Part shown: one piece after another, positions 1 to 6,124 of the stretch | Position numbering within the stretch: the stretch's first letter is position 1 | How the letters are laid out: every line of letters begins with the position of its first letter | Source: Candidatus Heimdallarchaeota archaeon | Lineage (GTDB): Archaea > Asgardarchaeota > Heimdallarchaeia > JABLTI01 | Direction: 5' to 3' | Assembly: GCA_030614005.1 (NCBI GenBank) | Contig: JAUWKS010000062.1 | Location: 1-18,399 of the forward strand | Length of the DNA stretch: 18,399 nt | Notes under the pieces: model-generated | Told to the model about the DNA's origin: nothing | The model's input: the letters and a program-made list of their open reading frames with translations, nothing else | The model's database searches: none | Made by a program: the position numbers and the translations under genes

Positions 1-155
1 CGTATCATTATACCATAGATGTTTGCGAAGGAAAGGTCAGTATTAATTACAGCACCAACAGCTGCTGCTCGAATGAGGCTATTTGCTGTCTCCCAGTCGT
101 TGTAAGGTGTGGGTTCTTTGTCGTATAGTAATGGATCTGTTGACCAGTGGAGCAT
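1..155 (-). CDS. Possible 5' part of a hypothetical protein running off the left edge (MLHWSTDPLLYDKEPTPYNDWETANSLIRAAAVGAVINTDLSFANIYGIMI...)
   Basis: Manual translation: ATG at 155-153, open to position 1, purine-rich AGGTTGGAAAGG just upstream, in-frame TAA five codons upstream. No recognisable motif. Confidence 0.3.
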   Translation of the reverse strand, partial: MLHWSTDPLLYDKEPTPYNDWETANSLIRAAAVGAVINTDLSFANIYGIMI

Positions 156-377
156 ACCTTTCCAACCTATTTATTGACAATATACTTGAGCGTCTAAAAC
201 TAGCTTTGAATTAAAATATAAAAAGACTTGGAGGTCTGTATCAAATTTAACAAGTAATTTGCTATTTTAATTCAATGGATCAAGGTTAATTAAGCTAAAC
301 TAATCTTGTTGTATAACAATAAATCATATTGTTAGATCCTGCTACTAATTTAATGAAACGTTTGATCTTACTTTTGT

Positions 378-1502
378 TTATTGTTTGGATTCGGTAAGTG
401 TAAAATTAATTTTATAGATAAATGTTTGAATGTTCTTAGTCTTTTTTAACGCATAATATAGATTCTCATCATAACTTCCAGCAATAACAATACCCTTTAC
501 TGTTTGACCACCAGTTTTGTGAGATTCAAGCCATCCTATATATCTTAATATCTGACCAACAGTAACATCAGATGTTTTATTTCGTTTAAGTTCGATTACA
601 ACTAGCTGTTTTGTTTTTTTGTCTCGAACTAAAATATCAATAATTCCAACATCTGTTCTGTACTGTTGACTAACTAAGTCTCCATTTTGTTCAATCAATT
701 CATAATTTTTAGCTAAATCTGTTTTATCCCAATTAGCAATTAAAAAATTCTCGAGCTCGTTTTCCATATAGAAACTTGCTTCATCACCATGAATAACATC
801 AACTTTATTCTCATATGTTGTATCTGAAGCATCATCCGAACCTCTCCAATCGTTTTTTAGTTTAGCGTATAAAAATTGAGCTAATATTTGAGGAGTAGTT
901 TCTATCCCTTTTTCTTTAAATCCACTCAAGATGATTTTATTAGTTTGGGTTATTTTCCTGCCTTGAGAATCATTCTCAAAATCGAGGTTATGTGCAAATT
1001 GGTAAAAATCAATAATCTTCTTTCTATCATTTAATGAAACAACTGCAAGATATTTTGTTGGAGAATAAGCAAAAAGCATAGAATTAATAGCATTACCACT
1101 TTTACCTGTAAGACTGTTTTTTCTTCCTTTATTGAACTCATAAAGCTCATCAATAGTAGCAATTTTCTCATCATCATTTTCTGAAATGAAAATCTTGTTT
1201 AATAAAGATTTTAGTTCCTTATTTTGTTGAATTTCTTTGAAAAGTCGCCTCCAAACACCTTGAGGAATCATGACATTTGCTACTGCATGAGTATCTTTTG
1301 TACTTCCTTTTGCTTTTTTATCTAGGATTAACACTATTTCATCAATTTCTGAATCTGATATTGATGGATATGAATCATCCATTATTTTTTTCTGCCAGAA
1401 ACCTATGAACTTCTTACTTTGTTTTAACCAAATATTCCCTAAATCCTCTGTATCGTTACTCTCAATATAAGACTTAAATGTGTTTTGTAGTTCATTACTC
1501 AT
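378..1502 (-). CDS. PD-(D/E)XK endonuclease with a C-terminal NucS/DUF91-like nuclease domain and an uncharacterised N-terminal domain; putative restriction/defence nuclease
   Basis: C-terminal 130 aa: ENELENFL (motif I E), QQYRTDVGIIDILVRD (PD-type D), LVVIELKR (ExK), VGQILRYIGWL (QxxxY), GIVIA. 374-aa uninterrupted ORF. Confidence 0.8.
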   Translation of the reverse strand: MSNELQNTFKSYIESNDTEDLGNIWLKQSKKFIGFWQKKIMDDSYPSISDSEIDEIVLILDKKAKGSTKDTHAVANVMIPQGVWRRLFKEIQQNKELKSLLNKIFISENDDEKIATIDELYEFNKGRKNSLTGKSGNAINSMLFAYSPTKYLAVVSLNDRKKIIDFYQFAHNLDFENDSQGRKITQTNKIILSGFKEKGIETTPQILAQFLYAKLKNDWRGSDDASDTTYENKVDVIHGDEASFYMENELENFLIANWDKTDLAKNYELIEQNGDLVSQQYRTDVGIIDILVRDKKTKQLVVIELKRNKTSDVTVGQILRYIGWLESHKTGGQTVKGIVIAGSYDENLYYALKKTKNIQTFIYKINFTLTESKQ

Positions 1503-1649
1503 TTCGAAATCACCAAGTAATACTAAATACTAAATCTAGAAAGTCAATTTAGTACAATTGCAGATACAAGTATTCCAGAAACTCTTTAATGTTCTCATAA
1601 AGGAATTTTCAATTGACTTCATTAACTAATAATAAAGACCATAAAATTT

Positions 1650-1817
1650 TCACTCTTTCTTTAGAGGACCCAATATTATAGTTTCTCCTTCTACTCTAAT
1701 TTGCATTACATCCCCTTTCTGTAGCTCAAAAGCTTCTACTAATTCAATAGGTATGTTTACCGAAAGTGATCCTTTGTTATCTATTAGTTTTCTTTTGAAA
1801 ATTATCTCTTTTGGCAT
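1650..1817 (-). CDS. AbrB/MazE/SpoVT-family DNA-binding protein, 55 aa (MPKEIIFKRKLIDNKGSLSVNIPIELVEAFELQKGDVMQIRVEGETIILGPLKKE)
   Basis: Not in the ORF track; translated manually from ATG 1817-1815 to TGA 1652-1650. Swapped-hairpin signature KGSLSVNIP...L.KGD.M.I.VEG..IIL.P. Confidence 0.85.
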   Translation of the reverse strand: MPKEIIFKRKLIDNKGSLSVNIPIELVEAFELQKGDVMQIRVEGETIILGPLKKE

Positions 1818-1856
1818 TGAAATTACACTCTAACTGTGTACTATAATTATCCGTGG

Positions 1857-1865
1857 TATTTATAA
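1857..1865. promoter_or_regulatory. Candidate TATA box shared by the divergent abrB-like and RAMP transcription units
   Basis: TATTTATAA reads as TTTATAA on + (about 58 nt before ATG 1923) and TTATAAATA on - (about 40 nt before ATG 1817). Confidence 0.4.
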
Positions 1866-1886
1866 GCAATACTCCATATAATATAT

Positions 1887-1905
1887 TAGGATATTACTAG
1901 GATAT
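1887..1905 (+). repeat. Two direct TAGGATAT octamers 11 bp apart; possible operator
   Basis: TAGGATAT at 1887-1894 and 1898-1905, between the TATA box and the GAGGAAG ribosome-binding site (1909-1915). Confidence 0.35.
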
Positions 1906-1922
1906 AATGAGGAAGATGTTTT

Positions 1923-2714
1923 ATGATTGAACGAAAATTCAAACGGTTAGTAATAAGCGCTTCAACACCAATCGCTAAAACGGGCAATGGACCAGCGGTG
2001 GGAGGAAAGGTGAACAATCTGTTACTGTTAGGAAATGGAACAGAAAATGGCAAGGATGACAGCAAGAGATACCTGATGAAAGGCATCCGAGGATGGATCA
2101 ATCATGCAATGATAGCAGTGGCAAAAGAACAGGGAGTAGAAGTATGTCATACATCAAGCAAAACAGAAACGCAAAGTGGAGTGAACTTACTACCAACAGG
2201 TTTGCACGCAAGAGGAAAGTGTCTGGAAACAGAAGAATGCATACAGCACAAACTGATGGGATCGATAAGTAAACCATCCAAACTAAAATTTGAGCCTGTG
2301 ATAATCATATCAACAGCAAGCAAAGGAAAGATAGAAGACAACAACACACAAAAAATGCACATAGCCACCGAAAGAAGAAACTCACTGGTACACAAAACAA
2401 AAATTGCTATACAAGATTTCGGTGAGAGATACTTCAGTGGAAAGTTCACCATAAAAATAGAGTTCCTAGAAGAACTAACAAAAGAAGAATTAGCATTCCT
2501 TCTGAAAGGAATACTATATGCACCAGAGATCGGTCTTGGAGCAGCAGTGAACAACGGGTCGGGAAAGGTAAACATACATTCAGTGGCACTACAGGAAGTA
2601 ACTCGCTCACGAGGGTTCAACAAGCAAGGAAAAGTAGTCGAAGAGGAAAAAATACGAAACCTCTGGAAAGAGATGGAGGAGGGAATGAAAGCATGGCCGA
2701 AAGCAAACACCTAA
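1923..2714 (+). CDS. Cas7-group RAMP protein (Csm3/Cmr4-like backbone subunit), highly diverged
   Basis: N-terminal strand ending in STPI; YLMKGIRGWINHAM matches the Cas7 sSlKGalR helix; Cys/His cluster VCH...HARGKC...ECIQHKLMGS matches the Csm3 C..C.lFGs Zn-lid position; C-terminal Gly-rich loop IGLGAAVNNGSGKV. Confidence 0.75.
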   Translation: MIERKFKRLVISASTPIAKTGNGPAVGGKVNNLLLLGNGTENGKDDSKRYLMKGIRGWINHAMIAVAKEQGVEVCHTSSKTETQSGVNLLPTGLHARGKCLETEECIQHKLMGSISKPSKLKFEPVIIISTASKGKIEDNNTQKMHIATERRNSLVHKTKIAIQDFGERYFSGKFTIKIEFLEELTKEELAFLLKGILYAPEIGLGAAVNNGSGKVNIHSVALQEVTRSRGFNKQGKVVEEEKIRNLWKEMEEGMKAWPKANT

Positions 2715-3784
2715 GACTAATAGGGAAAATAATCACCCCAATAGTTACCAATAAACCGTTCTTCTATATGAGAGGATGTAAAGTAGCGATAACCAAGCAC
2801 CCAGAGGAAAACGAACGAGGATATTTTCCCTACCCAAGAAGAACACACTATGGAAAATTGATAAAGGGGGACCGTAGGGCACCCACATTACGAAAATGCT
2901 ACAAGGGATTTGTAGTAGTAATGTTCATACCAGACTACCCAGGTGGCCAAGAACAAACAGAAAAGAAGTTAAAGTGGTTTCTAAACCTGGAGGGATTGGG
3001 TGCACACCAAAATGAAGGAATGGGAAAAATACATTGGTTGGAAAGAAAGGAATGTATGCGTAAGAAAAAACTACCCAAGAAACGAAAATTCCACTACTTG
3101 AAAGGATTAGGAAGCTACTCAGAACCAATCCTTATTGCAATCAAAGCACTACTACTGCACGACTTTGTCAAAACAGAGAAGCACATAAGCAAAATATACC
3201 AAGAAGTAGACATCAAAAACGAACTCATAAAAGAAGCATGCAAGAACCATCACAACAAGGAATACAAAGGAAATAACTGGCTGATACCCATAATAAGAAA
3301 ATATGATGGACTAGCAGCATTCATAACCCGCAAAATACCACGAAAAATGACCGCGAGATACGACTACTTCAACGGAGAACTAGACTTTAAAGAACTAGTA
3401 AAAGAAATTGAACTAAACCAATACTCAACCCATGAACTATACAACTATATCTACAACTCAAAAACTCTCCAAAGAATACCAGAAGCAATGAACTATTCAA
3501 ACAATAACTTGAGAAAACATCTGCTATTAGCAGTAAACTTATTTATCAATGATTTTAAAAAGGGACTCATTTTAGTAAAAGATAATGAAATAAGGAAAGT
3601 TTCAATACCGGCAAAAGAAGAAGAAAGCAAAAAATTCTTATCTAAGTCAAAGGTGCTGAAACGCATCTACCCGTCTAAAAAAGCTGATTCTAGAATTAGA
3701 AATAGCGATCAAGTGACTGACTGCTCAGGGGGAAAACCACCCGAAAAAAAGCAGAAGGAATGGAGCTTGAAACGGGATAACTAA
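2693..3784 (+). CDS. Short RAMP (Cas5/Csm4-like) domain fused to an HD nuclease domain
   Basis: N-terminal ~120 aa: LIGKIITPIV first strand and Gly-rich loop LEGLGAHQNEGMGKIHW. Then HD motifs ALLLHDFVK (H156 D157), CKNHHN (H186 H187), IIRKYDGLAA (D205), and late NLRKHLLLAVN (H276). Overlaps the upstream gene by 22 nt with GGAGGAGG upstream of its ATG. Confidence 0.7.
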   Translation: MAESKHLRLIGKIITPIVTNKPFFYMRGCKVAITKHPEENERGYFPYPRRTHYGKLIKGDRRAPTLRKCYKGFVVVMFIPDYPGGQEQTEKKLKWFLNLEGLGAHQNEGMGKIHWLERKECMRKKKLPKKRKFHYLKGLGSYSEPILIAIKALLLHDFVKTEKHISKIYQEVDIKNELIKEACKNHHNKEYKGNNWLIPIIRKYDGLAAFITRKIPRKMTARYDYFNGELDFKELVKEIELNQYSTHELYNYIYNSKTLQRIPEAMNYSNNNLRKHLLLAVNLFINDFKKGLILVKDNEIRKVSIPAKEEESKKFLSKSKVLKRIYPSKKADSRIRNSDQVTDCSGGKPPEKKQKEWSLKRDN

Positions 3785-3843
3785 ATAAATTGACTAGAAA
3801 ATAGACGAAAAAAGAGAAAAAAAATTTAGTGTGTTGTATTCGC

Positions 3844-6063
3844 ATGGTACGTATTAAAAATCCCGACGAGATTCGAACAATGGTCAAATCCCATCCTATG
3901 GATCAGCGTCGTGTCTTCAGTATTGCCGCCCACATTGATCACGGCAAGACCACTACGAGCGATTATTTGCTTCGTCGTGCTGGTCTTATGAGTGATCAAG
4001 ATGCTGGCACTAAGTTGATGACTGACTCTGATGAGGAGGAGCAAGAGCGTGGTATAACTATTTTTACCAGTGTTGTTCTTCTTAGTTACGAGCACCAGGG
4101 CAAGGACTATCTTTTTGAGATCAATGATACTCCTGGTCACATTAGTTTTACTGGTGAGGTTAGTCGTGCTTTACGAGGTAGTGATGGTGCTATTATTTTA
4201 GTTGATGCTTTAGAGGGTTTGATGACTCAGACTATTACTAACATTCAGTTGGCTGTTGGCAGTGAGATGTGCAAGCCTGTTTTGTTCATTAACAAGATTG
4301 ATCGTTTGATCAGTGAGTTGAAGCTTCCTGCTAACAAGGTTTTTGAGAAGGTTGATACTATTATCACTCAAGTTAACGAGCAGATTAAAAAGTTCGCTCC
4401 TCCTGAGTTCAAGAAGAAGTGGCAAGTTTCTTTTGCTAAGAACAGTGTTGCTATTGGCAGTGCTAAGGATGGTTGGGCTTTCACTCTTGAGATTCTCAAG
4501 GATGCTGGTCATACTAATCCTGACATTGTTTTTGAGAAGTATGCTGAGGATGACCGGCAATGGCTCCGTGATAACCTTCATTTAGAGGATGCTTTGCTTC
4601 GTATGGTTATTAATCATTTACCCAATCCTGCTGAAGCTCAAAAGTATAAGATCCCTCATATTTGGAGTGGTGACATTGACTCCCCTGAAGGTCAATCTTT
4701 AATTAACTGTGACCCTGATGGTCCTTTATTAGGTATGATTACTAAAGTTTTCATTGATCCTAAGAGCAAGCGTCCTACTTTGATTGGTCGTGTTTTCAGT
4801 GGCACTATTCGTTCTGGTATGGATATTGAGCTCATTGGTCAGAAGCGCAAGGTTCCTATCAAGCGTTTAGGTGTTATGGAGATCACTGATATCCTTGATT
4901 GTGATGAGATTCCTGCTGGCAATCTTTTTGCTATGTTCGGTTTCATTGCTCCCAGTGGTGAGTCCTTCCGTGAGCCTGGTACTAATTATGCCGGCTTTGA
5001 AGAGATCAGTTATGCTGCTGAACCTGTTGTCAGTCGTGCTATTGAAGCTGTTGACCCTCAAGATTTAGCCAAGCTTGGTGATGTTGTTAGTAAATGGATT
5101 ATGGCTGATCCTACTGCTACTTTCCGTCATGACAAGGAGAGCAACAAGTATGTTCTCTCTGGTATTGATCCTCTTCAGATTGAGATTTTGACTAAGCGTA
5201 TTAACGAGCAGATCAAGATCAACATCAATGAGCCTATTATTGTTTATCGTGAGCGCATTAACCAGACTGGTAGTGTTGTTCATTCCAAGTCCCCCAACGG
5301 TCACAACCGTTTGAAGCTCTACATTGAGCCTTTAGATGATAAAGCTGTTGCTCTTATCAAGAGTGGTGCTATCAATATGGATCAAGCCGATAAAGTTCGT
5401 GCTGGTGTTCTTCGTGATAAAGCCGGTTGGGATGCTAAATTTGCTCGTAAGATTTGGGCTATGGAAGGTCAGAATATGATCATTGATGCCAGTTCTGGTG
5501 TCCAGCGTATGGATCGTATTAAGCAATATGTCATTCAAATTTTCAAGGACTTTACTTACTCTGCTACTGTTGCTAAAGAGCCTACTCTTGGTCTCAAGGT
5601 TGTTATTACAGATGCTACTATTCACACTGACCCCGCTCATACTGGTTTCTCTGAAATCCTTGGTATGACCACTGCTGCGATGAACATTTCCTTCCTCACT
5701 GCTAATCCCCATATCTATGAGCCTATACTCTCTGTTGATATTAAAACCCCCAAAGAGTATATGGGTGCCGTTATGGGTCTTATCAGTCAACACCGAGGTC
5801 GCGTTGAGAACACTGTCGACGAAGGTGAGCAAATCCGTGTTGTCGGTGTTTTGCCCACTGCTGAAACTTTAGGTGATTTTGCTGACAAGATTCGCAGTGC
5901 TACTTCTGGTCGCAGTTTCTGGGGTTATCAGTTCAAAGCTTTTGAGCAAATACCTTCCAATATGGAAGTTGATATTATCATTGAAATCCGCACTCGTAAA
6001 GGTTTGAGTCCTGAAGTACCTGTTCCTGATAATTGGTCCCGATTTGTTTACAAACGGCAATAG
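3844..6063 (+). CDS. fusA: Archaeal elongation factor 2 family GTPase, probably a divergent EF-2 paralog
   Basis: G1 AHIDHGKTT, G2 ERGITI, G3 DTPGH, G4 NKID, GSA; domain IV KSPNGHNRL; C-terminal IRTRKGL. ATG 3844 (MVRIK) preferred over the GTG at 3829. Diphthamide loop reads HTDPAHTGFSE. Confidence 0.93.
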   Translation: MVRIKNPDEIRTMVKSHPMDQRRVFSIAAHIDHGKTTTSDYLLRRAGLMSDQDAGTKLMTDSDEEEQERGITIFTSVVLLSYEHQGKDYLFEINDTPGHISFTGEVSRALRGSDGAIILVDALEGLMTQTITNIQLAVGSEMCKPVLFINKIDRLISELKLPANKVFEKVDTIITQVNEQIKKFAPPEFKKKWQVSFAKNSVAIGSAKDGWAFTLEILKDAGHTNPDIVFEKYAEDDRQWLRDNLHLEDALLRMVINHLPNPAEAQKYKIPHIWSGDIDSPEGQSLINCDPDGPLLGMITKVFIDPKSKRPTLIGRVFSGTIRSGMDIELIGQKRKVPIKRLGVMEITDILDCDEIPAGNLFAMFGFIAPSGESFREPGTNYAGFEEISYAAEPVVSRAIEAVDPQDLAKLGDVVSKWIMADPTATFRHDKESNKYVLSGIDPLQIEILTKRINEQIKININEPIIVYRERINQTGSVVHSKSPNGHNRLKLYIEPLDDKAVALIKSGAINMDQADKVRAGVLRDKAGWDAKFARKIWAMEGQNMIIDASSGVQRMDRIKQYVIQIFKDFTYSATVAKEPTLGLKVVITDATIHTDPAHTGFSEILGMTTAAMNISFLTANPHIYEPILSVDIKTPKEYMGAVMGLISQHRGRVENTVDEGEQIRVVGVLPTAETLGDFADKIRSATSGRSFWGYQFKAFEQIPSNMEVDIIIEIRTRKGLSPEVPVPDNWSRFVYKRQ

Positions 6064-6120
6064 GCTTTTGGTTTTTTTCGAGAGATTTTTCTCTCTCATT
6101 TCCTCTTTCTTTTTTGTTTT
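5941..6120 (+). repeat. Left copy of a ~180-bp direct repeat (EF-2 last 40 codons, stop and terminator)
   Basis: Aligns without gaps to 13801-13980 (offset 7,860). Manual count: 94/123 nt identical over the coding part; perfect 44-bp core at 6047-6090 = 13907-13950. Confidence 0.95.
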
Positions 6121-6124
6121 TCTT
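6066..6124. terminator. T-rich terminator region with a short GAGAG/CTCTC hairpin between convergent EF-2 and ABC ATPase genes
   Basis: TTTTGGTTTTTTTCGAGAGATTTTTCTCTCTC followed by long pyrimidine runs immediately after the EF-2 TAG. Confidence 0.6.

Noticed and set aside
1886-3128. Minus-strand ORFs over the RAMP genes (1886-2101, 2147-2710, 2925-3128)
   Set aside because: Antisense shadows with no motifs; the plus-strand frames carry the RAMP and HD signatures.
3606-3755. ACC(C)G...AAAA..GC.GA elements at about 3606, 3668 and 3738 with 62-70 nt spacing
   Set aside because: The periodicity is CRISPR-like, but similarity is mostly A-runs within Lys/Glu codons and no consensus repeat can be built.
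3826-6099. Several antisense and off-frame ORFs over EF-2 (e.g. 4210-4581, 5332-5832)
   Set aside because: Explained by the strong T-ending codon bias, which reduces stops in other frames; no motifs.
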